A stretch of DNA of 64,000 nt. Source: Eubacteriales bacterium (GTDB lineage Bacteria; Bacillota; Clostridia; Oscillospirales; UMGS1783). The notes below the pieces were generated by a model. The model was not told where the DNA came from. It was given only the letters and a program-made list of their open reading frames with translations, and did not search any database. Position 1 is the first letter of the stretch. Every line of letters begins with the position of its first letter. Positions 27,288-36,770 of the stretch are shown one piece after another. Position numbers and translations under genes: made by a program. Location: positions 14,006 through 78,005 of the forward strand of contig JAZQIZ010000027.1 of NCBI GenBank assembly GCA_045541395.1, in the 5' to 3' direction.

Positions 27288-27876
27288 TTTCTACTTCCTT
27301 TTTATAAGCAACGGCAAAGCCTGCAGATAAATAAATACCTATAAGCAAAACCGAAATATTATAGCCTGTTTTAATAAGTACAACTGCGCCGAGACACCAA
27401 AACAATAAACTGCAGAACACGCCCGTTATAATAAGCACTTTGTTTCTTACCTTGGGCGCATACATATATAGTATACCACGAAGTATACGGCCCCCGTCAA
27501 GAGGTAGAAGAGGAATTAAATTACCAAAACCCAAAATAAAATTACAAACGGCTGTTTTACTTAAAAAATAGGGCAGTTTTACGGCAAAAGATAAAATATA
27601 CAACACTGAAAACACAAAAATATTTATTATTGGCCCTGCCGCCGCCACTGTTACTTCGTCCTTATAGGATATAGGACGGGTAGGGGTTATCCTCATGCCC
27701 AAAGGGCTGAAATTTAAGTTCTTTATTTTTAAGCCTTTTTTCTTCATTACAATAATATGCGCGTATTCGTGAATAAAAGAGGACAGTATTATTATAAGCA
27801 TATAGGCAGTGCTGTCAATGGCTACAAGAAAGGCAAGGTAGCCTAAAAACAAAGGATTCAGGCTTATTTTTTTCAT
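27280..27876 (-). CDS. M50 site-2 protease family membrane metalloprotease (short, SpoIVFB-like without CBS domain)
   Basis: 198 aa and polytopic. Contains HExxH (HEYAHIIV) and NLIPLLPLDGG. ATGA overlap with the upstream M23 gene. Confidence 0.8.
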   Translation of the reverse strand: MKKISLNPLFLGYLAFLVAIDSTAYMLIIILSSFIHEYAHIIVMKKKGLKIKNLNFSPLGMRITPTRPISYKDEVTVAAAGPIINIFVFSVLYILSFAVKLPYFLSKTAVCNFILGFGNLIPLLPLDGGRILRGILYMYAPKVRNKVLIITGVFCSLLFWCLGAVVLIKTGYNISVLLIGIYLSAGFAVAYKKEVENV

Positions 27877-28622
27877 GACTGCATATCCAGATAATAAAAG
27901 GGGTTTTCAAACTTTCCGTCTTTTTTGACAGCAAAATGCAGGTGGGGGCCGGTTGACCTCCCCGAATTTCCCGAAAGGGCTATCCTGTCTCCTTCACTCA
28001 CAAACTGACCTTCAGATATCAACGGGCACAACAAATGCCCGTAAACGGTTTCAAGACCATCCTGATGTTCAAGAATAACGTAGTTTCCCAAGCGTTCATC
28101 ACAAGAGACCTCCTTTACTCTCCCCTCAAAACATGCAACCACACAAGTACCTATGTTCACACCTATATCCACACCGGTATGGTTTGTTCTCTTGCCGGTG
28201 AACGGATCATCTCTCAGGCCGTAGCCGTCGGTAACGGTGCCGCCGAAAACGGGCAGGACGCCTCCTTCTTTCGCGTCAATGCTCATCCCTACTTGAATCA
28301 TTGGCTCGTTTTCTTTTATTTCTACAGGCGCATCCTTTTCAAATAACGGAGAAAATACCGGCAGTTCCTCCACATATTCGGCGCATTTATCAAACAGACC
28401 TTCAAGCTGAGCCTTGGCATCCACCTCACCTGCGAAGGCCTCCTTGACCGCTGTGTAAATATTTTGTGAAACAAGTTTGGTTACAAGCATCAAGGCCAGT
28501 AACGTAAGGCAGGTAACCGATTGCAAAAACATATACCTACCGAAATTCGACTTTTTTTCGGGCTGTTTTTTATCTGCGGGTTTGCATTCCGATCTGTTTC
28601 TGTAATAATTTCTTTCGTCCAT
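27873..28622 (-). CDS. M23/LytM-family peptidase with N-terminal membrane anchor (SpoIVFA-like position)
   Basis: Start trimmed from GTG 28640 to ATG 28622 (MDERNYY), with GGGAGGA upstream. Contains HTGVDI and GPHLHF motifs. Confidence 0.8.
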   Translation of the reverse strand: MDERNYYRNRSECKPADKKQPEKKSNFGRYMFLQSVTCLTLLALMLVTKLVSQNIYTAVKEAFAGEVDAKAQLEGLFDKCAEYVEELPVFSPLFEKDAPVEIKENEPMIQVGMSIDAKEGGVLPVFGGTVTDGYGLRDDPFTGKRTNHTGVDIGVNIGTCVVACFEGRVKEVSCDERLGNYVILEHQDGLETVYGHLLCPLISEGQFVSEGDRIALSGNSGRSTGPHLHFAVKKDGKFENPFYYLDMQS

Positions 28623-28665
28623 AAAAGATCCTCCCGACACAGTATACTGTGCGGGAGGATCTTTT
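28623..28665 (-). terminator. 21-bp near-perfect hairpin between radA and the M23 gene; its 3' arm contains the M23 SD
   Basis: AAAAGATCCTCCCG-(A)-CACAGTA|TACTGTG-CGGGAGGATCTTTT. It starts 7 nt after the radA stop and ends at the M23 ATG. Confidence 0.6.
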
Positions 28666-28672
28666 ATTACAT

Positions 28673-30037
28673 TTATTTTTTTATAGCAAGGATCCTTAAA
28701 GCCTGAGAAAGATCACTTACGCGGATTACGTTTATATCGGAATTTTCGTATTCTATCTTACATTTATCCGAGACAATAAATACTCTGAAGCCAAGTCTTG
28801 CTCCCTCTTTCAGACGGCGATCAATGTCCGAAACGGGACGGACCTCACCGCAAAGGCCAATTTCACCTACGGCAACAAGATCCTCAGGAATAACAAAATC
28901 CTTCATACCCGAAGCTATAGCCAAAGCAACCGCAAGGTCTGCCGCAGGATCGTCAAGTCTAAGGCCGCCTGCAACGTTGATGTAAGCATCATAATGCCCT
29001 AAATTTATGCCTGCCCTTTTCTCTATTACAGCCAAAAGCAAGCAAAGCTTATTGTAATCCACACCCGAAGCCACTCTTCTGGGTGCTGGGAAATAGGTTG
29101 GGGTTGTAAGAGATTGTATCTCCGCAAGTAAAGGCCTTGTTCCTTCCATTACACATGCGGCGCATACTCCGCTTGTTTGCTCCGGTCTTCCCGACAAAAA
29201 CAGCAGTGAGGGATTATCTACACCCCTCAAGCCGTTACCCGCCATTTCAAAAACACCTATTTCGGAGGTAGGACCGAAACGGTTCTTAACGGTACGCACT
29301 ACCCTATACATATTACGCTTTTCACCTTCAAAGTAAAGAACGGCATCCACCATATGTTCAAGGATCTTCGGGCCCGCAAGAGAGCCTTCTTTATTTACAT
29401 GGCCAACTAAAAACACAGCTATATTGTTCTTTTTTGTGTAACGGACGATTCTCGAAGAACATTCCTTGACCTGAGAAACGCTGCCTGCCGCAGAGGTTAT
29501 ATCAGAGGCACACAGAGTTTGAATGGAGTCTAATATCACAGTTTTAGGCCGGACCTTTTCCATAACGGCAATAATTGCATCCATATCCGTTGCAGACAGC
29601 ACCAGCATTTCAGGATTATCAACCCCTAAACGTCTTGCGCGCATACCGATCTGCTCCTTGGATTCCTCACCTGAAACGTAAAGGATCTTTCCGTTTGCCT
29701 GCAAGGTCTTGCACATTTGCAAAAGCAGGGTAGATTTTCCGATACCGGGATCACCGCCAACCAAAACAGCAGAGCCCGGTACTATACCGCCGCCCAATAC
29801 CCTGTCAAGCTCAGTAATGCCCGTAAGCATTCTGGAATAGCTTATATTTTCTATTTCACTTATTGGAGTTGGAGCCAGATCCTGTACGGCAATAAATCCG
29901 CTCCCTGAAGCGGGAGCAGATACTACTTCTTCCACCATAGTGCTCCATTCCTTACATTCAGGGCATCTGCCCATCCATTTTGGGGAAACGTATCCGCATT
30001 CCGTGCAAACGTATGCTGTTTTCTGTTTTGAAGCCAT
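28673..30037 (-). CDS. radA: DNA repair protein RadA/Sms
   Basis: 454 aa with a Zn ribbon (CTECGY..CPEC), Walker A GDPGIGKST, KNRFG and a Lon-protease-like C-terminus. Confidence 0.95.
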   Translation of the reverse strand: MASKQKTAYVCTECGYVSPKWMGRCPECKEWSTMVEEVVSAPASGSGFIAVQDLAPTPISEIENISYSRMLTGITELDRVLGGGIVPGSAVLVGGDPGIGKSTLLLQMCKTLQANGKILYVSGEESKEQIGMRARRLGVDNPEMLVLSATDMDAIIAVMEKVRPKTVILDSIQTLCASDITSAAGSVSQVKECSSRIVRYTKKNNIAVFLVGHVNKEGSLAGPKILEHMVDAVLYFEGEKRNMYRVVRTVKNRFGPTSEIGVFEMAGNGLRGVDNPSLLFLSGRPEQTSGVCAACVMEGTRPLLAEIQSLTTPTYFPAPRRVASGVDYNKLCLLLAVIEKRAGINLGHYDAYINVAGGLRLDDPAADLAVALAIASGMKDFVIPEDLVAVGEIGLCGEVRPVSDIDRRLKEGARLGFRVFIVSDKCKIEYENSDINVIRVSDLSQALRILAIKK

Positions 30038-30038
30038 T

Positions 30039-30728
30039 TTACTGTTCTCCTAAAAATTCTAAAACGCCGCCATAAATTGCAAACGCCATTCTTTTTTTAT
30101 ATTCATCGTTTTTCAGCAATGCAAGCTCTTCATAATTACTCATAAACCCGCACTCTACAATTATTGCAGGATTTTTTGCCATACTTAATACACAGCTGTT
30201 ATTATTCCCGCCTTGAGTTGCCCTTTGGTTTTGGGGCTGAAGAGAAGAAACTATACTATTTTGTACGAAGTTGGCAAGGTTTCTGCTATGGGGGATATTT
30301 TCGCTGTAAAACACCTGCGTGCCGCAACAGGAAGCATCTTCATACTTATTCTGATGAATGCTTATAACTACACCGTTATTAAAGGAATTCATAAACTCAA
30401 GCCTTTTATTCATATCCTCGGCTTTATTAAAATTATCCCAATTTATATTTACAAGATCGTCTTCCCTTGTCATATAAACGGGAATTCCCGCTATTTCAAA
30501 ATATGCCTTAAGCTGCTTTGCTATTTCCAGATTAATATCCTTTTCCTCAGTACCGTCGTTTGCAACCGCTCCTGAATCCGGGCCGCCGTGCCCGGCATCA
30601 ATTATAACCGAACAATTTTTGTAATTCGAAAAAACCTCTTTTTTTTCTTTCAAACTGCAAACCGTAAAAATCACCGCGGCAATTATAACAACTGCACCCA
30701 GAAGCCGCAAAAAAAGCTTTATTTTCAA
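30039..30728 (-). CDS. cwlD: N-acetylmuramoyl-L-alanine amidase, CwlD-like (Amidase_3)
   Basis: 229 aa with an N-terminal TM. Contains IDAGHGGPDSGA, SIHQN and ECGF. TTG start. Confidence 0.8.
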   Translation of the reverse strand: MKIKLFLRLLGAVVIIAAVIFTVCSLKEKKEVFSNYKNCSVIIDAGHGGPDSGAVANDGTEEKDINLEIAKQLKAYFEIAGIPVYMTREDDLVNINWDNFNKAEDMNKRLEFMNSFNNGVVISIHQNKYEDASCCGTQVFYSENIPHSRNLANFVQNSIVSSLQPQNQRATQGGNNNSCVLSMAKNPAIIVECGFMSNYEELALLKNDEYKKRMAFAIYGGVLEFLGEQ

Positions 30729-30754
30729 TACGCATCACCATTTAAGGTTATGCG

Positions 30755-31768
30755 TTATTTTTTCAACATATTAATAATACTAAGAATAAATATTTCCATT
30801 TCCCTGCGTTTATCCTTTGCAAAGCGTTTTAAGGAATCATCAACATCAGCGCAACGGGCAATTATTTTTCTCAGATCCTCAAGGGATATGCTTTTTAACA
30901 GTTCAAGGTTTTTCCCAACCGCGTATGGGGATATTTTCCCTATTTTTGAGGCTATCTCATTTCGATTCAAGCCCTGCTTATTCAAAAGAGCTATTCTGTA
31001 CAGCCTTGTAAAGCAGGAATAAACCGTTCCCATTATCATTACGTCGGGAACCTTTAAGTAAAGATCGGAAAAAAACTCCATTGCAAGGGCGGCATTACGG
31101 GCTAAAATTGCGTTTGTAAGATCAAACACCCCTGCATCAATGGTTTTTATAACCATCTTATCAATAAGCGCCTCATCAACAGTATCAGAAGCACAAAAGA
31201 GCTTACCTATCTCGCCGGTTAAGTTATACATACTGTTATCCGTTACCGAAAGCAGATATTCCGCCGACTGTTTTGTCATATTGACCCCTTCTGCCTGCGC
31301 GTGGCGTAAAAGCCATTGAGTAAGCTCGGCGGTAGTCCTCAATGGAACGTCTACCCTGAGGGTATTATTTTTTGCATTGTCCAACACGCATTTTACAAAG
31401 TTGTTACCTAAGGGATTTTCAGTACTTTGCTCGTTTATAACGATAACGCACCACTGAGGAAAGCTTTCCTCCAAAGCGCAAAATGCCGCGTTAATATCGG
31501 CTCTTGCCTCATCGCAATCAAAAACAGAAATATAAAGAAGCTTCTTTGGGGCAAAAGCAGGCGCACTGTAACAATAATCCTCGATCTGAAGACCGGTAAT
31601 AGTTGCATCTGCAGAAAGAAAATTAAAGGCGTCATCCTTAGACAGACCCAAGCAGTCTGTAATTTTCCCAATATAAAACTTTTTTAAATAGTCCTCCTTG
31701 CCGGTAAAAACGTAAATACCGGAAACGTTTTTTTCGGCAAGCTGCTTTTTTAATGTTTCAAGGCTCAT
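30755..31768 (-). CDS. holA: DNA polymerase III delta subunit
   Basis: 337 aa in the conserved position downstream of comEC with a 4-nt overlap. Length and sequence pattern fit the delta subunit. Confidence 0.8.
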   Translation of the reverse strand: MSLETLKKQLAEKNVSGIYVFTGKEDYLKKFYIGKITDCLGLSKDDAFNFLSADATITGLQIEDYCYSAPAFAPKKLLYISVFDCDEARADINAAFCALEESFPQWCVIVINEQSTENPLGNNFVKCVLDNAKNNTLRVDVPLRTTAELTQWLLRHAQAEGVNMTKQSAEYLLSVTDNSMYNLTGEIGKLFCASDTVDEALIDKMVIKTIDAGVFDLTNAILARNAALAMEFFSDLYLKVPDVMIMGTVYSCFTRLYRIALLNKQGLNRNEIASKIGKISPYAVGKNLELLKSISLEDLRKIIARCADVDDSLKRFAKDKRREMEIFILSIINMLKK

Positions 31769-33945
31769 AGATTACTTTCATACACCGTATATCTGCTGTT
31801 TTTATTAACAGCAACGGTTATGTCTCCTTTTTGCTCGAATATGCCGTAGCTTTTATTTTTGCTCTCAAAACGGAATTGCGCAAACTGCTTATTAGTATTG
31901 TTATAAATTCCGATATAGGAAGGCGAAACGTTACTTAATTCGTTAATATTTTTAAGGCTGTTTCCTGATATCAATAAAATATCTGACTTAGGAAGATTTT
32001 CGGGAAGGGCCCGGGAAAACTCGGGCAAATACAAAAACCCGAAATCTCCGCAATTGATCCGGCTTACAATGCCTTCCTCGGTGCCGTAAAAAGACAGTGC
32101 CACGTTACCCATAACAAAAGAATTCCCGCCATTTGAAAAGATCAGTTCACAGTCAGGGTCGGTTATCAGATCTATTATATCATATTTTAGTCCGTGAGCA
32201 ACATCGCCTACTATTATCTTTTTTATTTTATAACGTTTCAGGAAATATTTTAAGGCCTCAATACGCTCTTCTGTTGCCCTGGGGATAACGTACAGCTCTA
32301 TTTCCCCTATACCATCCTCATTTACCTTGGGATTTATTTGTTTTATTGCTGAATTTGAAGCGCAATCTATTATTCCCAGACCTTCGCTGTTTTCCACCGT
32401 TATAAACATTTTATCCTCGCCGTAAACATTAACAAAGCTATCGGAAAAATCAGGGCTGAAAGCGCAGGAAAGAGATACTGCAAATAAAACCGTTACACAA
32501 GAAATAACCAAAGGCTTTCTTAATTCCTTCTTCTTTATATAGGATCTTGCAATAAAGAAAATCAAAATGGCGCCGCAGAAAATAAATAAGGGAGCCGCCT
32601 TAAGAGTAACGGTTGCATATTTAAACCCGGAGCAGTAGGTTACCAGGCTGATAAAGCCTTTACAAATATATTTTACAATAAAAATAATGCCATGAGAAAT
32701 ACCGGGAATAAACCAAACGGCGCAGAGCATTAAAGTCAGAACCATTATTAAGCTTACCGCAATATTTACAAAAACACACAGCAAAAAACCAACCAGAGAA
32801 ACCTTTGAGAATATGTAAGCGCTGAGAGGTAAAATAAAGGCGGTTGCGCTTAATGAAACCGCAAAGCATGTTACAAGGTACCTTATTGGCTTAAATTTTA
32901 TTTTATAAACGTACTTGTAAATAAGGGGCATAATAACCAGAATTCCGAAGGTAGCGCTGACAGAAAGAGCAAAACCTATATTGCCTACGGCAAATGGGTT
33001 TCCTATGCATATAACGGTCACCGCAACACCAAGGGAATTTACCGAATCGTTTTTACGGCCCAGTAAGTAAGAAATTATTAAAACTACCCCCATGATCCCT
33101 GCCCGTAATACAGAAAAGGAAAATGCCGCAAGGGTCATTACAAATAAAATCAGAAGGAAGCTGAGCGCGATCCTTATTTTTCTGTTTAGTTCAAACCTAT
33201 CGATAATAAACAGCACAGCTCCCGTAATTATTGACAGATGCAATCCTGAAACCGCCATTATATGAGCAAGGCCGCAATCTCTGAAAGCGTTTACTGTTTG
33301 AGTATCCATATCGGTTTTGTTACCGGTCAATAATGAAAGAGCCAGCCCGCCTTCATTTTCACCGATCCTGCGACATACGCTTTTTACGTAGGCTCTTAAA
33401 TGAGCGCTGACATTAAAGACAGAAGGCTCCTGCTTACCTACAACCGAAAACTCTTCTTGCGCATAGCCTATCAAATAGGCGCCTTCCGAGTAGCCTCTTG
33501 CAAAGAAGGATCTATCCGCTTTGGACTTCAAGGTGAGACTGCCTTCTATAATATCCTGTTCGTTATATTCTTTTTCGGAGTAATCATAAAAGTCAACCTT
33601 ACCGTTGATATTAACGTTACTGACCGAATAGTTTGCAGAATTAATTTTTAAAAGATAGCTGTTTTCATTATATTTTCGTTCAACAGTAGCGTTTACTTTC
33701 AGTGTAAGGCCGTCTAAAGCGCCGTCATGCTCAGGCCCCAAAAACATAAATAAGGTACAGGAAAGGGCTGCGGCAAACAAAAAGCCGAAAACAAAAACCA
33801 ATTGTTTCTTTTTGAAAGCAAAACCTAAAATAAAGGCAACAAGAAAACACCCTGCGGCAATTGCGCAGGCTATACTGCCTGTACTTTGTAAAATTATCAG
33901 CAGGGGCACAACAAGTGCCGCTGAAACGACCGCGCCTCTTTTCAT
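31765..33945 (-). CDS. comEC: ComEC/Rec2 DNA internalization channel protein
   Basis: 726 aa with a polytopic Competence-domain core (GLAHIMAVSGLHL). I did not see a clear HxHxDH motif in the C-terminal region. Confidence 0.85.
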   Translation of the reverse strand: MKRGAVVSAALVVPLLIILQSTGSIACAIAAGCFLVAFILGFAFKKKQLVFVFGFLFAAALSCTLFMFLGPEHDGALDGLTLKVNATVERKYNENSYLLKINSANYSVSNVNINGKVDFYDYSEKEYNEQDIIEGSLTLKSKADRSFFARGYSEGAYLIGYAQEEFSVVGKQEPSVFNVSAHLRAYVKSVCRRIGENEGGLALSLLTGNKTDMDTQTVNAFRDCGLAHIMAVSGLHLSIITGAVLFIIDRFELNRKIRIALSFLLILFVMTLAAFSFSVLRAGIMGVVLIISYLLGRKNDSVNSLGVAVTVICIGNPFAVGNIGFALSVSATFGILVIMPLIYKYVYKIKFKPIRYLVTCFAVSLSATAFILPLSAYIFSKVSLVGFLLCVFVNIAVSLIMVLTLMLCAVWFIPGISHGIIFIVKYICKGFISLVTYCSGFKYATVTLKAAPLFIFCGAILIFFIARSYIKKKELRKPLVISCVTVLFAVSLSCAFSPDFSDSFVNVYGEDKMFITVENSEGLGIIDCASNSAIKQINPKVNEDGIGEIELYVIPRATEERIEALKYFLKRYKIKKIIVGDVAHGLKYDIIDLITDPDCELIFSNGGNSFVMGNVALSFYGTEEGIVSRINCGDFGFLYLPEFSRALPENLPKSDILLISGNSLKNINELSNVSPSYIGIYNNTNKQFAQFRFESKNKSYGIFEQKGDITVAVNKNSRYTVYESNL

Positions 33946-34062
33946 AAAAACCTACTCTGTATAGTATTTTGTTTTATTTTAGCAGATTATTGTATAATTT
34001 TAAAGTATTTTAGTGCAAAAACGAAAATTATGCTATATAATTATAAAAAAGGAGGCGTTTAT

Positions 34063-35019
34063 ATGAGAATACTTAAGAAAACAGCCATGACCTTCCCTAT
34101 CCTTATCAGTCTTGCCGTAACAGGGCTGTTTATTGCCCTGCTTTCCTATTCCCATTTATTCTTGCAGTATATTCCTTGGGGGTTGGAGGGCAGTGAATTC
34201 AGGTATCAGCTTTTAGGCGAAACAGTTACCTCCCTGTTTGCGATAATTATTATTTTACTTTTCGGATTAAAATACGTACTCAAAAGAAAAGGCACAGGCT
34301 TTTTTAAGGGGCTTATTCCCTGCCTATACGTTCTTGCTACTCTTATATACTCAGGAATACTTCAGATATCAAACAGTTTGTTTTCCGGCCACGAGCTCGC
34401 CGGAATCGAGGACATTTTAGTTTTTATAGCCACCATGGTGCTTATAGGAATAACCGAGGAATTTATTTTCCGAGGCTTTATTGCCGAAATAATATTCCAA
34501 AAATATGCTTATAATTATTCGGGCATATGGTTTTCGGTAATTGTTTCAGGAATTATTTTCGGCTTTATGCATATGTCTAACGCGGCGTCTGTTGATAATA
34601 CCGCCTCCGTTTTAATTCAAAGCCTTTCCGCCACGGCCATAGGTATGACCTACTGTGCAATTTTTTATCGCACAAGGAACGTTTGGGTATGTGTATTTTT
34701 ACACTTTTTAAATAACCTTTTTGCCCTTGCCCCCGCAGGCATTTTTAAAGCATCCTCTATTTCCGAATCCCTCGGCTCTTACACCTCCCTAAACCTTATT
34801 GGTATAATCCCTTATATTATAGTAACCGCGGTTTTACTGCGGCCCGAAAAAGCAAACGACCTGTTTATTAAAAAACAGGGCAGAAAATTTAATTTCACTT
34901 ACGTTAATGTGGCTTTAGGTGTTATTCTGTTTTTGGCAGCGGCCGTTACCGCCTTTATGCTTTTGCCCGAAACAATAGAATATTTTAAGGAAATAATACA
35001 GGAATCCATGAATTTTTAG
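34063..35019 (+). CDS. CPBP-family intramembrane glutamic endopeptidase (CAAX protease/Abi)
   Basis: Start trimmed to ATG 34063 (MRILKK), with AAAGGAGG upstream. Motifs EEFIFRG, FGFMH and HFLNN are present. Confidence 0.85.
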   Translation: MRILKKTAMTFPILISLAVTGLFIALLSYSHLFLQYIPWGLEGSEFRYQLLGETVTSLFAIIIILLFGLKYVLKRKGTGFFKGLIPCLYVLATLIYSGILQISNSLFSGHELAGIEDILVFIATMVLIGITEEFIFRGFIAEIIFQKYAYNYSGIWFSVIVSGIIFGFMHMSNAASVDNTASVLIQSLSATAIGMTYCAIFYRTRNVWVCVFLHFLNNLFALAPAGIFKASSISESLGSYTSLNLIGIIPYIIVTAVLLRPEKANDLFIKKQGRKFNFTYVNVALGVILFLAAAVTAFMLLPETIEYFKEIIQESMNF

Positions 35020-35020
35020 A

Positions 35021-35056
35021 AAAAATAAAGCACTTCATTTGAAGTGCTTTATTTTT
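35021..35056. terminator. bidirectional rho-independent terminator
   Basis: Reads AAATAAAGCACTTC-ATTT-GAAGTGCTTTATTT. Confidence 0.85.
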
Positions 35057-35092
35057 GGGACCGACACTCAAAATGGAACCGGCCTAAAATCC

Positions 35093-35287
35093 TTAGATTT
35101 TCTTAATAAATACATTACAATCTTTACAATAATGCATATTTTTAATTTTAGCTACTTCAGACCATTTAATTTTATCTGAAATTCTCACCTTTTTCTTATC
35201 AACTAATGAAACCCATTTTAGGACGAAAGGTGAATTAAAAGGAACATACCCTTCTTCCATTTCTTTTTGACAATAAGGACATTTCAT
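35093..35287 (-). CDS. small zinc-ribbon protein (CxxC...CxxC) of unknown function
   Basis: 64 aa, MKCPYCQKEM...YCKDCNVF. SD GAGGTG is present, with a candidate promoter TTGCGG-17-TATAAT upstream. Confidence 0.6.
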   Translation of the reverse strand: MKCPYCQKEMEEGYVPFNSPFVLKWVSLVDKKKVRISDKIKWSEVAKIKNMHYCKDCNVFIKKI

Positions 35288-35431
35288 ACAATATCACCTC
35301 TTAAATTTATTATAGCATAAAAGCGGAAAAGCCGCAATACTTCTTCACTATTCACTTTTACCTCTTACTTTCCAAAAATCCCGTTACAAGGTTATATTTA
35401 GTGAAAAGTGAAGAGTGAAAAGGTAATAAGT

Positions 35432-35464
35432 AAAAATCCCGTCCACTTGCGTGAACGGGATTTT
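35432..35464. terminator. rho-independent terminator abutting the tRNA-Thr 3' end
   Basis: Reads AAAAATCCCGT-CCACTTGCGTGA-ACGGGATTTTT. Confidence 0.8.
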
Positions 35465-35540
<76 letters not shown>

Positions 35541-35543
35541 ATA

Positions 35544-35619
35544 TGGCAGGGGCAGAAGGACTTGAACCCTCGGCACGCGGTTTTGGAGACCGCTGCTCTA
35601 CCAACTGAGCTATACCCCT
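35544..35619 (-). tRNA. tRNA-Trp (anticodon CCA), CCA encoded
   Basis: Reverse complement is AGGGGTATAGCTCAGTTGGTAGAGCAGCGGTCTCCAAAACCGCGTGCCGAGGGTTCAAGTCCTTCTGCCCCTGCCA. Confidence 0.92.
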
Positions 35620-35649
35620 ATATTCATTTCCTCGCCGAGGTGCTTATGT

Positions 35650-35678
35650 ATTATATCGCAGAGAAGAGAAAATGTCAA
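35650..35678 (-). promoter_or_regulatory. consensus sigma-A promoter for the tRNA-Trp/Thr pair (TTGACA-17-TATAAT)
   Basis: TTGACA at 35678-35673 and TATAAT at 35655-35650. Confidence 0.7.
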
Positions 35679-35698
35679 TACTAAATTTTAAAAATATT

Positions 35699-35730
35699 AA
35701 AAAAGCAGAGCATTTTTATGCTCTGCTTTA
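35699..35730 (-). terminator. rho-independent terminator after the DltD-like gene
   Basis: Reads AAAGCAGAGCAT-TTTT-ATGCTCTGCTTT, with a U-run on the minus strand. Confidence 0.8.
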
Positions 35731-35732
35731 AA

Positions 35733-36755
35733 TTATTTAAGGTTATGTGTTTCGGCATCGAAGGCTTCGTTTGCATCCCATGAAGAATATATATCGCTTG
35801 TGCCACGCTTATCGGTAAAATTATAATTTTCCATAAGATACTTGCCCATAAAATGGGTCATTTTAGTGGCGCCTTTATAATTTAAATGCTGATCGTCGCC
35901 CATATCGGCACCGTAATCTATTCCCACAAGATCCCTATTGGTATTGCAGTTAATAAGAGGTATTCCCTCTTCCTTTGCAATATCCTCTACCGTATTATAA
36001 ACATACTGCTCCACGTTTGAGCAACAGTAAGGAATACTTACAAGAAGAAGTTGGGTATCATTTTCCCTGCAAAGTTCAATAATTTTATAAAACCATTCTT
36101 CTGTTTTGGGATACATCGGCTTACGGTCTACTGAATTGCTAAGATCGGTCGGGCTGAAAAACTGATGCCCTGTATGCTCAACGTAGCCTTTCCAATGTTC
36201 GGGATATCTTTCCCAGTAGCCGGTAAAATCCTGAGTACCAAGCTCGTTGTAACGGGTATGATAAGAGGGGAAGCCCAGCATAAGTTCTAACCGATATTCC
36301 GGAGATGCGCCCACATTAACGGCATTCCACTTGTCCGCAGAAAGCCTAAGGCCCATAAGGTTTTTAACCATACGGCTGTAGTCTGTACCAAGATCATCAT
36401 CCCTTTGAAATTCCTCATCGAAATAGGTTGAGTCTATATCCAATACAATAACCTCAGGATCCTGATATTTAAGGGCTTCTTTAATATAATAGTAGGTACT
36501 CCAAAGAGGTTGTGCGGAACCAGCCATTACATACCCGGGAATACCGTGTTCACGCCAAAGAATAGCGGGATTAATACCCTCAAAGGCGTGTGATGAGCCA
36601 AAAAACATTACGTCACAGCTGTTTTTTGGCAGTTCGTAAAAAATGCTTAAGGGATAAATACCGTCAACATGCTTAAACTTTAAAATATTGCAAACGCCGG
36701 AAAGCGCAAGGGCCAGAACCAGAATAAACGCTATAATTTTTATTGCTTTTTTCAT
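35733..36755 (-). CDS. membrane-anchored DltD/SGNH-like O-acyltransferase partner protein
   Basis: 340 aa with an N-terminal TM. Contains FFGSSHAF (Ser nucleophile-like) and DDQHLN (Asp/His). Located immediately downstream of an MBOAT gene. Confidence 0.6.
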   Translation of the reverse strand: MKKAIKIIAFILVLALALSGVCNILKFKHVDGIYPLSIFYELPKNSCDVMFFGSSHAFEGINPAILWREHGIPGYVMAGSAQPLWSTYYYIKEALKYQDPEVIVLDIDSTYFDEEFQRDDDLGTDYSRMVKNLMGLRLSADKWNAVNVGASPEYRLELMLGFPSYHTRYNELGTQDFTGYWERYPEHWKGYVEHTGHQFFSPTDLSNSVDRKPMYPKTEEWFYKIIELCRENDTQLLLVSIPYCCSNVEQYVYNTVEDIAKEEGIPLINCNTNRDLVGIDYGADMGDDQHLNYKGATKMTHFMGKYLMENYNFTDKRGTSDIYSSWDANEAFDAETHNLK

Positions 36756-36770
36756 TTACACACACCTCCT

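Noticed and set aside
35346-35435. Long hairpin between the pyrimidine-rich and purine-rich tracts
   Set aside because: Base-by-base pairing of the two tracts gives only about 50 percent complementarity, even allowing G-U pairs. The resemblance comes from composition and mirror-like repeats, not a true inverted repeat.
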